Assembly: GCF_004010195.1 (NCBI RefSeq)
Contig: NC_057756.1
Coordinates: 2,482,776-2,546,775, forward strand
Direction of reading: 5' to 3'
Length of the DNA: 64,000 nucleotides
DNA from: Chiloscyllium plagiosum
Taxonomy: Eukaryota
In this document: piece after piece, positions 13,620 through 27,100 of the stretch
Layout: the number at the start of each line of letters is the position of its first letter
Position numbering within the stretch: the stretch's first letter is position 1
Translations under genes and position numbers: made by a program
Notes under the pieces: generated by a model
Told to the model about the DNA's origin: nothing
The model's database searches: none
The model's input: the letters and a program-made list of their open reading frames with translations, nothing else

Positions 13620-14599
13620 GTACGTACAACAAAAATATAATGTCAAACGAAAAGGATTATCGTGTCTTTTTGTTACTAAAGTTGCTGTTGACATTTTGCT
13701 TTATTAACTTTTTGACCATACGAGCAGAACATAGCTTTCAGAATAAAGAAGTGAATTTCATCCACTGCTGCCACAACAAAGTTGATGCCCCTTGAAGATG
13801 AACAACGATGCATTCAATGAAACGGGGAGTGTGCGTTCCTGACCTTTACTTTCTGTGTGCTAAGAGTTGCATGCAGACCAAATCGCGTAGTTTACTTCCA
13901 TAAGAACATCAGTGAAACAGATTATTTCATTCGAAAAAATCTAGAATGGATTAATGATCATACTTAGATTTATAAATCCAGATTTCTTAAATTCAAATGT
14001 CAATGCATGCAGTGGTGGGTTTTGAATATGGGTTCCTAAACATTACTTGGGACTTTGGATTAATAGTCCATTAGCAATAACCCTGGTCTGTAACCTTTCA
14101 CTGCTCCAGTTCATACACAATAATTATTGTCACTATGATCAAAAACGAAGAAAACGTAAATCAATAATATCTAAAAACTTGTTGATATGTACGAAGATTA
14201 AAAAAAAGCAAAGAAGTTGTGTAATCAACATAAATTATGCATTTGACACTGAAACGAAAAAAAAACTGTGTAAGATGGAAATCTGAAACAGAAACAGAAA
14301 CAGAAACTGCTGTAGAAAATCAACAATTTGAAGTTGTGTTTGTTCGTTCTGTGTTCATCATATGGCATTTCATTCCCATTCAAACATTATCGATTCTCAT
14401 TGATAAATTTTGGAAAGGTCAAGAACATTAACTATCATTCCTTGCCAGCCTGCTGATCTGGCAAAGGGAAATAAAACCTGCTATGTACACACTAAAAGAC
14501 ATGAAACATATATTAATGTGTAACTATTTGATATTAACGTGAAACGTTTCTTTGCTGAAAGAAAGATAGTGTGCTAGTTGTGATAGCAGATATAGTTAT

Positions 14600-15550
14600 A
14601 CAGTCAAAGAGATTTAGCATGGAAACGGACCCTTCTGTCCAATTCGTCCATACCAAACAGATATCCCAACTCAATCCAGTCCCACATGCCAGCACCCAGC
14701 CCATATCCCTCCAAACTCTTCCTATTTATATAATCATCTCGATACCCTTTAAATATTGCGATCGTACTGGCCAACACCTCTTCCTCTGGCAGATCATTCC
14801 ATACACATACCATGCTCTGCCTGAAAACGTTAAACCTTAGGTCTCTTTAATATGTTTCCCAGCTCATCCTAAACCTATACTCTATTTTTCTCTACTCGCC
14901 CACCCAGGGTTGAATTGGTCTACTTATCCTATCCATGCCCCTTATGATTTTATAAACCACTATAATGTCACCACTAAGCCTCCAACGCTCCAGGAAAAAC
15001 AGTCACAACCTATGAATCCTCACCATGTAGTCAAAACCTCCAACCCTTGCAATATTCTTGTTAATCTTTTCTTAACATTTTCAAGTTTCAAAACATCCTT
15101 CCGATCGGAAGGTGGCCAAATTTGCACGCAATGTTCCAAAAGTGGCCGATCCAATGACTTGTACAGGCGCAACATGACATCCTAAATACTGTACTCAGTG
15201 CTCTGACCAATAAAGGAAAGCATGCCAAACGCCTTCTTCACTATGTTATCTATCAGCACTTCCACTTTCAAGGAGCTATGAACCTGCACTCCATGGTCAC
15301 TTTGTTCAATAATACTCCCAGGGCATCTCCATTAATGTGTATAAGTTCTGCTACATTTGCATTCCCAAGATGCAGCACCTCACATTTATCGAAATTAATC
15401 TTCATCTGCCATTTCTCAGATCATTGGCCCATCAGATCAAGATCTCGTTGTAATCTGTTGTAATCTTTTTCGCTGTCCACTACATCTCCAATTTTGGTGC
15501 CATCTGCAATCTTACTAACTAAACCTCTTTTGCTCACATCCACGTCATGT
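14600..15550 (-). mobile_element. CR1 LINE 3' fragment, cut by the assembly gap
   Basis: Minus ORF VCVWNDLPEEEV..; similar to the reverse complement of 32480-33330. Confidence 0.88.
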
Positions 15551-16050
15551 NNNNNNNNNNNNNNNNNNNNNNNNNNNNNNNNNNNNNNNNNNNNNNNNNN
15601 NNNNNNNNNNNNNNNNNNNNNNNNNNNNNNNNNNNNNNNNNNNNNNNNNNNNNNNNNNNNNNNNNNNNNNNNNNNNNNNNNNNNNNNNNNNNNNNNNNNN
15701 NNNNNNNNNNNNNNNNNNNNNNNNNNNNNNNNNNNNNNNNNNNNNNNNNNNNNNNNNNNNNNNNNNNNNNNNNNNNNNNNNNNNNNNNNNNNNNNNNNNN
15801 NNNNNNNNNNNNNNNNNNNNNNNNNNNNNNNNNNNNNNNNNNNNNNNNNNNNNNNNNNNNNNNNNNNNNNNNNNNNNNNNNNNNNNNNNNNNNNNNNNNN
15901 NNNNNNNNNNNNNNNNNNNNNNNNNNNNNNNNNNNNNNNNNNNNNNNNNNNNNNNNNNNNNNNNNNNNNNNNNNNNNNNNNNNNNNNNNNNNNNNNNNNN
16001 NNNNNNNNNNNNNNNNNNNNNNNNNNNNNNNNNNNNNNNNNNNNNNNNNN
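15551..16050. other. Assembly gap (500 N)
   Basis: Run of n characters. Confidence 1.
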
Positions 16051-16059
16051 ATTACTTTT

Positions 16060-16240
16060 TTTACATTAAATTCCCTGCAGTGTGTAAACAGGCCATTTGC
16101 CCAACAAGTCCACACCCATCCTCTGAAAAGTACCCCATCCTGACAAATTTCATTCTGACTAATGCACTAACGCTATGGGCAAATTGGCATGGCAAATTCA
16201 CATGACTTGCACATCTTTGGATTATGGGAGGAAATCAGAT
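16060..16240 (-). mobile_element. HE1-like SINE fragment
   Basis: Reverse complement of the SINE body seen at 33600-33800 (ggcatggcaaattca...tgcacatctttggattatgggaggaaa). Confidence 0.7.
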
Positions 16241-18847
16241 CAACAGTAGGGTAAATGTTACTTTGAACAGTATGCCAACTGTAGAATAATTAAATTTCTC
16301 TCTCTCTCAATTTCAATACTTTGCCGACGTCTCTCTCAGAATCAAGCATTTCCACTCTCTTTGCAGAGATATGGCTGTGTTTAGACGTCTGAAGCGAATT
16401 AGGTCAGGAAAGCTGCATTCTTTTATTTCCAAATGTTTAACGATCAGCTGGATATTGAGCTGATTGACCACTGATTCAAAATTGTGTCTTGTCAGGTTAG
16501 CAGGACAGTAACAAAAATATGCAAAACGATGCAGTATGTCCTTATTGGATTAATATTCTCGGCTTGGACTGATAACACACCCCTCCTGCCTTATTGCTTA
16601 ACTAACCTGTTAATCTGGCAAAAGCCATCCATAAGTGACGATGCTTATGCATTCAGAAATGTAGGAATGCAGTTTCTCAATATCTAATTCGGATACAAAT
16701 TCTATGCCCAGTTATATTTCTACAAAAAGTGGCAATTTATTTTTTCTGCTTGAGGTAGAGGGATGGAAGGGAAACTGGGGGAGAGGCAGACAGTTGGACC
16801 CACTGCCAAACTATCAGTTATTATTTTGAAGTTGAAATCGTGTACTGTACATTTAAGAGAGAGTGAATGCTGTATTGAACTGAGAGTTTACAAGCACCTG
16901 TCATATGACTAGCTAGCAGTCACACAGTGGACTGGAAAATTGAAAATATGTAACATTTGGCTGTGAAACCTATTTGAATTTGTTGCTGTTTTGATAGCAA
17001 AACAATATTACAATGAATTTAAATTATGCCGCAGGCTACTGAAATCGAATCGACTTTGAACCTACAGTTTTGTCAACATCAAACCAATGAGATGATCCCA
17101 GTTTCGGTTTAATAAAAAAAAACACAGACATTGTTGCAAGTCAGGCAGAGTAGCTGCCATCGAGACAGACCCAAACAATCTCTATCAAAGATACCTTTCA
17201 ACACAAGAAATATTTTCAGTAATGTTAAGAAGACGACCCAGGCGAAAACCTCAGACAGAAGACAAGAGACACTGATCACGACAACCAATATTGTCTTGAA
17301 ATTAATTTTATGTAATTTTAATAAGTGTTTTCATTGGAGCAATGTACTGTTATCGAGGTTGATGGAGACAATAAGCAGGCAAGTGAAAGGGTAGAATCGT
17401 AAACAGTTGTTTGCCAATGTTCACTTTTATATTAACAGAATAATTTGATATTATTTGTTGTTTAAATAATGGAATTTGTGATTTCCTTGCCACTCATATT
17501 TTAACTGATTACGAAGCGAGGTGATCTACTCTGAGTCTTTATTGTTTAATAACACAGGAGTTCACCGCCATGTCGTCAGAGTAGAATAGAAAGTTAATAA
17601 ATAGTTAGCGACAGAGAGAGGCAGAGAGACAGTGACAGACAGAGACAGATGCAAAGGAAAGCAGAAAATGAAAACTCTTAGCATGGGGATAGAGAGAATA
17701 AAATAACTTCAAATGCTTGAAAAAATCACATAGATATCCGAAATTAATTGAAAAAGCAGTCAGAACTTCGGCTAACAAGGTATAGATTAACATCAGTTCA
17801 TCCAAGTTTGAGAGATGGAGTCGACATTGCTGTAAATAAGCAAGGTTTATAACCAATATAAATAATTTTGAGTGGATTAGAAAGATTGGGAAGGAAGTTT
17901 ACCTAAATATTGTTGTACTCATAGAACAAAAGAGATGCAGCAAATTTATTATTTGACCTGATAAAGTTCAATGAAAGGGGATTGATATTCTCTTGCTCCT
18001 GACCAAAACATTTATCAATTCATCTTTCTGACCAGCTCAACAAAACCATGATATATATATTTTTAAAATATTTCGTGAACAGTAATTGACAGTTATGCAA
18101 ATATCGGCATTAATATGCTCATACCAAGTATACTGAACGTTCTCCGAGAATAGGAGATGCAAAGGGAAACAACTTGAAGGTTCTTCTTGTCCTTGAGTTT
18201 AATATCTAATCAGTTAAAACAACAAAACAAGAAAAAAGAAAGCACCAGTTGGCTCACTTTGCAAGACATCCGCTCGATTCTGTTGAAAAGAAAACATGTA
18301 ATTGTCAATGCAGTTCTTTGGATAGAACAGACTACTTTCAAAGGCCATCTACATCGTTCTGCTGAACGAATAACGGGACAAACAAGTATGAATGGCAAAG
18401 TATTCAATTATACCGACGTGTAACCATCCAAGAGAAATTATCCACCCTGTCCATGGGAATAGAAATAGCTACTTCTCTTGTCATAGCATACAACGTTTTC
18501 CATGCTGACAGAGAGTACGAAATACGTGAACAAGCACCAGGAAAATTAATGTACCACAGAATATGTTATATGATACAAAATGTCTAAGATAAACCATGGA
18601 AGATCGGTGCAGAGCCTGCTAAAAACAAAGTGAATACAGTTATGTTAATTCTTAATGCTTTAGGATGATTTAAGAGCAATAGAAGACTGAGAGATTTAGG
18701 GGCAATGATCACCAGTGGCCAAGAACAGAATGGGTATAGAGTGGGTTCGGATCTTTATAATATATTTTGAATGTATTATGTCCCAAATGTTTTCGAAGGA
18801 ATACGCATGGAGGAAAGGTGAAATTTCAATGACTTTAAAAATGTCAG

Positions 18848-21300
18848 TGTGATGATGCTTTCACTTTAAAAAGAATTAGTTTGTCCTTGTGATTTTGTCA
18901 TGAGACGTCATAAAGGTCGAGAGGCAGAAGAGTATAGTTTGATTATGGAAGGGAAATGGTTATTTCTCTCGGTGCCCTTTTTTGGTACTTTGTTTTAATT
19001 ATTGCAGTCACAATATTGTGAAGCCCAGAGAAATTTCAATCTGCAGTAAATGTTTCCTCTGCTTTTCTACTGAAATCTCTATTTTTAAATGTTATTCCAT
19101 CCTGCCTGTAACAAAGTGTGTTTGAATTTATCCTCTTTTTGCCAATAGAAGTATTTATGCGACATAACTGCTTTGGAACAATTAATGAGTAATGTTTACT
19201 GTATCAGGTCAGTTAATATTTCCAGCAGTTTGCTTACTCTAAGTTCCATATTCTTTAGTTCGTCTGTCATCTGGAGTTTTTAAATACAGTCCGTATTCTT
19301 TAAAGCCGTGTCAGAATTGCAATACTCACTTCATATCGGCCTCTAAACTAACAAAAATAAGCATTTAGACTAAATTCTTTGAATGTGCATCGCCTGATGC
19401 AGAACGGATTGAAAACTGTTGTCGGGATTGATCCACTACATCCATTTTGGCTGTTGCATATTGGATGCAAAGGCGACAAGGGGTAAGTATTTGTGCCTTT
19501 TTTTCCTCGAGTATTGGAGCGGTTGGTTTAAATAGAGTATGGTGTACTCATGGCTGTTTTAATCGCTAAGAATTTTCTGGGGTTGGAAGACGTGGCTTTT
19601 CGGAGTTTTACAAAGGGCGAGCAAGGCAAGTCATTCAGAATTTCAGAGAAGCTGGAGTTGAGGTGGTCTTCCTCTGTGAGGAAAGAAAGGCTAATTACAG
19701 CGGCAAATCGAAATTTAAATGTGTTGGAACGAGCCTTCGAATATTTAGTATTAAATAGAATTTAAATGCGATTGTGGCAAATGGAGATGGAAGACAAAGG
19801 CAGGGAATGAAAAGCCATCTTGGAAATAAAGAAAGGGAGAGAACGCTCTTAGCGTAGCAAAACAAAGAAAGAGAGAGCAAACGAAAGAGGCAAGAGAAAG
19901 GGAGAAGAAAAACAGAGGTAAGAAACAGAAAGTGACAGAGATGCAAGAGAAAAAAAAGAGAGGTCAATTGAACTTCAGAAGTTGTGAATTAAGCAAAAGA
20001 TCAAGTGCAGGATCGAGTTGAAGGGATGAGGTAGGAGTGTATACAAAATGTTAAACAATTGCCAAATTTTGATTAGAAACACTCCAAAGTCTTCTTTTTT
20101 TCATTTATAAAATTGGTTCGGCGGATGTGGCCAGAGAACAAGTGGATAGTTATAGTTCAGGATAAGCAAAGGTGTGTACTGCAGATGCTGAAGATTAGAG
20201 TCCAGAATAGAGCAGTGCGGGAGAAGCACAGCGGGTCAGGCCCCATCTGAAGAGCAGGAAATTTGACGTATCAAGCCAAACCACTTCATCAGGAATGACG
20301 TTCAGTATATGCAGATACTGGGGGCGAGTGATATATTGCTAATGCTGTCAAATGAGGGTTCTCCAGATTCTCACATTTCAAATAAACTTTTTAAAACGTC
20401 TATGAATTGGTACCCGAAGCGTACAGACAGTGGTTCAGAAATATAAAGAAGGAACCAAGCGAGACTTATGTTGAATACTAAAGTATTAAACTTAGAAATT
20501 TTGAAACATGGCTCCGGTATTTAAAAATACAGAAAACATATGATGCTCTCAGAGATATTTTTCTGTGAACGGAGTTTTATTATTCACTGTCGGAGATGAT
20601 AAGAGCTTAGATGTATGAATAGAAAGTTCAAGAAACCAAAGAACGGCAGTGATGGCAGATGAACGTGCATTGTTGCATAATGTGAAACTTCGCAACCGAG
20701 AGGAATTTCCTCTCGTTAGGGATAGAAATTGGGAGAAGGAGAAATGCTTTACTAAAAATTCAAATGAAGATCACTATGGATATAGTCTGCCACAGGTGAT
20801 AAAGAAATCTGAGTGGGTGAAAAGGAGGTGAAAGCGTCAGGTATTTCGACGTGGGTATTCTGGAACATGTAATGCTGGTTATTTACCACTGATACTGGGT
20901 TGAACAGCGAAAACATCTGGTAAAAGTGGTTAGCCATTTGGATAAGTAGAATAGTAAATGAAACTCCAAGAAAAGTCGAGGAGCTGTGAGAGACCATAGC
21001 CGAGGCAGGATTTGGATATTGTGTTCCTGCCCAACCTCGATAGTGTTCATCTCTATGGGTAAATGTTACTCAGGAAAAAGGAGAAATGAAATAATTTATC
21101 ACTTTAAGAGATATGTGATCTGATTATTTTATCGCAGTAAAAGATGAAAATATTAGCAGTCTTTCTGACATGTTAGTGACGAGAGTGATAATTTGAGAAT
21201 TACATGGAGAGAAATTTAGTGTTCTCCTGTATATGCTCATTCTGAAGATCCGAATGAAGATGACGAAGTCCTGATTGTAGTGACTACAAATCTTTTAAAC
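18848..21300 (+). mobile_element. Degraded Gypsy (Gmr1-like) 5' LTR plus gag/protease relic
   Basis: LTR-like 18848-19440; gag-like start MAVLIAKNFLGLE; tatgaattggtacccgaagcgtacagacag (YELVPEAYRQ) near 20401, matching the gag at 26911-27117. Confidence 0.7.
20165..20297 (-). mobile_element. Short Penelope-derived repeat, degraded, inserted in the Gypsy relic
   Basis: ctgcagatgctg...agcaggaaatttgacg...cttcatcaggaat; same family as 57571-57702. Confidence 0.7.
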
Positions 21301-21329
21301 TCGCTAGTGATTACCAGCATCAGTTCAGT

Positions 21330-21900
21330 CAAAGACTAGGCCAGACCATTCTCAAAATATTTCATGAAGATAGCCCAGACTCTATCGTTTCGAGTTGTCC
21401 TAAGCTGGTGTAAGATAAATATTCCAGACCTGATGCAGTTGGCTCAAACGCTCAGCTTCAAACAAAACAGAATTTACTTTTTGCTTGAAAAATAGAAACC
21501 AAATTTCGCTTTACCGAAACATTTGAAAACCTAATGACTCTAACAGAAGCAAAAAATAAAGCTTATCGAAGTAATTGCAGTATCCCCAAAATCACCCCTT
21601 CGAGAAAGAAAAAGGCAAATTCAAACACGTTTCCTTACAGGAGAGATTTCAGATGGCGAAATCGAGAGGGATCAGCATGGATCTGTTTCTTTGTGTCCAT
21701 CAGCTTCTCCAAGTTGCCAGCAAAACCTGACTAGCAGCTGCAAAACAGCCAGACTGCCAAAATCAAAATAAACCAAAAAAAGACTGAGCTGTAAGAACCG
21801 GCTAATCATCTTTGACTGTACATTTGTTTACCGTAAAGAAAAAAAAAAGTTGTGAAATCTTCTTCAAGTAGATAAACCAAGGCGTACTGGAACCTATGAT
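21330..21900 (-). mobile_element. LTR of the family also seen at 28820, 37675 and 42841
   Basis: Shared motifs gactaggccaga..ctcaaaa.atttc..gaag.tagcccagac and aaacaaaacagaattta. Confidence 0.65.
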
Positions 21901-23599
21901 TTTACCACCCATCTGAAAAAAAAACTGGGTTAACATAGCTTTGTTAAAAGAGCAGCATTGTCGCATGCCAATTTTAAAAAATGAACTATCAATATCCAAA
22001 GATGTAACTATTCTGAAACCACTTATTTTCAAATTGTTAGGAAACAACAGCGCTCATGCATTTCGGAGGTTACAATCATACAAATTTAAAAACCGCACAA
22101 GAGCAGATTATGTTCCAACAGGTTCATTGCAAGTACAAGCTTTCGTTATGTTCCTCCTTCATCAGGTAGGGACAGTCGGGCAGGATCATAGAACTCAGAA
22201 TACATTATAAGAAATCAAAATTTGCGATGCATTAAGCAAGTTTTGATTCTTAGTAAGTCTTAATTCCTTCCAATTCCATCTGTTGGACTTTAAGCTGGAG
22301 ATATGCAATTTCTAACTTTGTCAACTCCAGTCCAACATTGGTAGTTCCACAATACATTCATGCAAACATGCAGTACTACATTGTGCTTAAGTACATGTAC
22401 TGCTGCCAGCAAGCACCACCGTTGCACTTTCAAGTCTGAACAATGCTTCGGCAGTCATGTTTTGTCGTCCTGTCATATGTATAATTTTCAAACTGAACGT
22501 CTGTATGAACAAGCTTCATCTGAACAGTCCGTTTTTGTTAAATCTGAATATTTCTCCAGAAATTTCAATGGGTTATTACCAATGTATGTGATTGTCCCAG
22601 ACACATCTTTGTAACATATTGAAATGAATTTATTTCACGTGCTCTGAGGCACAGTGAAAAGCTTTGTCTTTTGAGCAATATCACAGAGTTAATTAGCATA
22701 GATGAATACATAATAGGTATTAGCTGCAAAAACAAAGCACAGGAACAGGTGAAGGTTGAGATTTTCTGAGTCCATTTGAAGATGTAGATCCCAGGCGGCA
22801 CCTCTCAGTTTTGAGATCGGTCAAAAGAATCAATGGAATGCCATCTGTATAAAGCAAGGTTCGCAGTTTAGTAAAATAAGTCAGCCTGACACAATTTTGT
22901 CCAGCAATACAGAGGTTAAAGCTTTTGCATTTCGTGGCGAAATTATGCAAATACATTTGAAAATTAACCATCATTCATAAGCTTTTTACAGGGACAACAT
23001 AGCCTTAATTATAAGAAAAGAGCAATCAAATGTAATAAGTGGATATGATTGACAGAAGGTTTATCCAATGATATTTCCTGGAAAACGATTCTTGTCTTAC
23101 GTAGCTCATCATCTCATGCTAGCAGTTCAAGATTAGTTTGAGTAGTCAATTAATGTCTCATGATTCATTTTATGAACATTCCATTATTTTCTTCACCTTC
23201 TACTTCAGCTAATTCACAAAGCAGTAATGCAGGTTCACAACGTCAAATCATAATTTGACGCCATTTTGTTGTGTTATTTTGAACTGCAAAGCCACATTGG
23301 TTGACAAAAACGTACATATATTTGTTTTTCTGACTACAGCCGAAATTCAAATTTTAAATGCTCATCTCCCCTCGTTGGTCATTTTATATCCACACCACAA
23401 ATGTGAAGGCATGGATCAAATGAATCCTATTCGATGGCAGGCAGAGACTGCCTTACTTCCTCTTCCACTGAAGATGGACCAGGGGCCAGCAATGATGCTT
23501 CCTCATTGTCATCTAATTGGAGAAGTAGCATTCTATGAGTAAAATCAATGTTGTCAATAGACGTTAATATTTAAGCAAATTCAGTAGTCTAGCAACAGA

Positions 23600-24040
23600 A
23601 GTGTAGTTACTGTTTCAAAAACAGCTGGTGCCTGTTTTCAGGCTTCTGCAACTTCTCGCCAATGGCAGAAATTGTAGAGAAACGTTACCAGGTTGGGATG
23701 GATCGTTGAGAATATTGGTGGCCGTTCCCTCACAGTGGACACAGTAGATGGATCGTATAGATGGGAGGTTGACCTTTGTAAATTTCCAGGACGAGTGCAT
23801 CATTCACTGTAACTGTCTCTTATATTGAATAGTATAGTTGCCATACCAGATATTGATACTGCCAGATAGAATACTTTCAATGGCGTACCTGTAAAAGTTG
23901 GCAATGGTATTCGCCGTCATGCCAAGGATCCTCAGCTGCCTGAAGAAGAGATATTGTTCGGCTTTTGTTACCAATGCATCCATATGAAGAGTTCAAGAAC
24001 GCTTCTTGTGGAATAACATTCCCAGTAGCTTGACACTCTG
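23600..24040 (-). mobile_element. Rex1/Babar-like LINE 3' fragment
   Basis: Minus ORF ..ILNDPSQPGNVSLQFLPLARSCRSLKTGTSCF resembles the DPSHP..LPSGRRYRS C-terminus of this clade. Confidence 0.6.
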
Positions 24041-24149
24041 ATATGTAGTCATGCCAACACTAAACGCAAATTTTCTTCTAAACTGTGGAATCGTTTTGCT
24101 GATGAATGTACAAATAACTGGATAAATACCAGATAGGCATTTCCATTTT

Positions 24150-27100
24150 CTCATCGCCTTCTTGAAAAATTATAGGTTCAACACCAACATCATTCGCAGC
24201 AGTAACTCACTTCACTGGCTTTGCATAAGTAGGTTTGACTAACACCGAGGCAGTGGTTACATCACTTTTAAGCTGTCAAGTGTCTTCTGACAGTCCATTG
24301 TCTACTGAAACCTCTTGCCTTTCTTTAGCCTTTCAATGAATGCTGCAGCCAACGAATTTGTGATAAAACTCACACAATCCAAGGATTTGACATACCACTT
24401 TTTTTTCTTGATAGTATGGAAGCTCCTCAGCAGCCTTCTTTTTTTTTATTCCATGCAACATTTGGTCCTATCCAATAGCATGTCCCATGAAGGTGACTTG
24501 CCTTTTGCAACATCACTTTTTTCAATGTTTATCACGAAGCCTACCTGCTGAAGTCGATCAATCCCAATAAATCTTGCAAATGTTCCTTCCATATGTGATT
24601 GAAAATCACCAGGTCATCAATATAACGTATAAGAATTGACTAATCCGGCAATGACCTCATTGTTTAATCTCAGAAATTTGACCAGCAAATGTTAATACAT
24701 AACGGTATGACTTTAAAATGACATAGTTCCTTCGGTGTTACAAAAGCCATATCTTATTACTCGTTCACCAAACGTACCTGTTGGATTCCTCAGAGCAATT
24801 CAAACTTTAAAAAAATAGTATATTTATCCCATTTTTCAATACAGTCTTCCAAATATAGAGTTGGATAGACATCCGTCTTTGTATCTGCGTTGACTTAGTG
24901 AAAATCCATAAATAAACGGTAGTAGTGTTTGGTTTTCGCACAATACGTATTGGTGAGCTCCAAAACTGTTACTTGCTTCGATTATGTCCTCCTGGAGTAT
25001 GCATTCAATTTCCTTTCGAAGGACCGCCAACCTTCGAGGGCAATGTCTATAAGGAGGTTGTTTCATTGAAACAGTATTTACTATAGCTAAATCCTGGAGA
25101 ATTAGTTTAGTGCTTAAGAACTTTTTTCAACTACTCCCCCATACAATTGGGATAACATTTTCTTGTCTTTTCCATTTTGCTCTGGAAGGTAAATCATTAA
25201 ATTTTCAAAAGTTTAGACAACTTTCTCATTGTCCAATTTCATTTCAGGAATGTCCAATTCATTATTGTCTGAAATGCTTTCTTAACGCTGTTTGGTAACA
25301 AATATCACAACACCTAACTGTTTCTGTCGTTGTAAAACATACCTTTATTCACATGACACACCCTTTGAGATCGTTCAATGTCTGTTGATCTTGGTAGGGT
25401 TGTATCAAATTTGCTTTTAAAGGTGCACCTACGGCTGGAAATAACAAAAGCACGTTAACCTACCACACCCCCCCCCCCCCCAAAAGGTGGCGTGTTTTTG
25501 ATTTCTTGACTACGTCTAATTTCATTTTATGCTGTGATACATTTAAATGCTGCCTAGCCAACTCACGTATCTACTTAACCGTTCCCTAATATTTGTTACA
25601 AAGATGAAATATGTGGTCTCTCAATTATGACTTACCAACTTCGTTTTAATCAATGTTCGTCGTCCACTTACAGCATGCACAAAAGATTAATTCAATGGGC
25701 TAAATTTGGGAGATGTATTTGGTGAACCTGTGATGGCAAAGAATTAGAAACAGAATTTGTGCATTCCAATCATCTGGACAATTTTGAGCCCTCAACATGA
25801 CCTTTAATGTGTAATGCAAGATTTCTGGGTCTCCCTCCGATTCTGAACGAGTTGTAGTCTATTTAAATTGTTTCATCTACAAGCTGCCCATAATTTCTGT
25901 GAATAATTGTGATGTGCAGTTTTACCCTTGATCGAATCGTATGTCTGTGATTGGTTCCTATCTCGTGAAAAATGTGAGTAACTTCATTACAATGCTTTTT
26001 AGCTGTGTTGTTGCGTAATGGAATTGTATCTGAAAGTCTAAAAATCTGAAAATCTAATGGGTGCATCCATTATTGTTAACAAACACCGATTCCCACGTTT
26101 TGTTTTAGCGAAGAGTCCCACACAATCAATTCAGACTGAATTAAAAGTTTCCTTAAATATCGGATTGGGTAATAAAATGGTAGTTATTATTAATACCTGT
26201 GGTATGAAACTCACTTGACATTTATGACAAGTCTGGCAAAATTCAACTGCATCCTTGTGCATTCCAGGCCAATAAAAATGATTTTGTATTTTAGCTTGCG
26301 GTTTCCTTAGCTCAAAATGATCTCCTGCGGGTAGTACATGCGCAACGTGCAACACATTCTTTCTATGACTCACTGGAGATATGACCTGATGAACTTCTGC
26401 CCATTGCAGATGTGCCTGAAAATGTAATGGCCTCTTTTTCCTCATTGAGCCATGTTTTTTTAAAGATGGCAACACTCCGGGATGCATCTGGATTCTTCTT
26501 TCGTGCATGTCTTTTCATGTAATTGCTTTATACCTCCATCCTTCGACTGTAACTCAGTTATTTCTTTTTCTCAGGTAAACATTTCTAGTTTATCAGCTAT
26601 TTGCTACTGTTTGGTGACAAACATTTGGTCAAACAGGATATCTGGAGCTTTTTAATTTCTCTTTCAAATGTTTCCCTTTTAACCTGTGGTAAGTTATTTT
26701 TCTGATCTTCAGAGCGATATATCTTTCCCTTACCACTTGCAGATTTCTCATTCACACAATTTCTATGACTAATGAATTGAAATTGATTGTGTATATGAAA
26801 CTTTGATTGATGGATCAACTCATATTCATCAGCCATTTAGGCTGCCAATCTTGCCTTTGCACCTTTCTGTTCTTCCATATGAGTTTTCTGTGGTTTAGGA
26901 AGAGCATTTTTTAACTCCTCCAAAATATAACTTCTCTAAAAGTGTTACAGGTTTGCTCTATTTTTAATGCCCTTAACCACTTTTCTAAATTACTTTGTTT
27001 GATCCTTTCAAAGTCAATGCATGTTTGTCCAGAGCGTTTCCTTAGATTCCAGAAACGTTGCCTAAAGGCTTCTGGCACAAGCTCATGCTCACTTATGATA

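Noticed and set aside
15494..16143. Three ORFs of about 190 aa
   Set aside because: Artefacts of the N gap.
18487..18507. 21-nt AYNVFHA after an AG
   Set aside because: No GT donor and no sequence similarity to either exon class.
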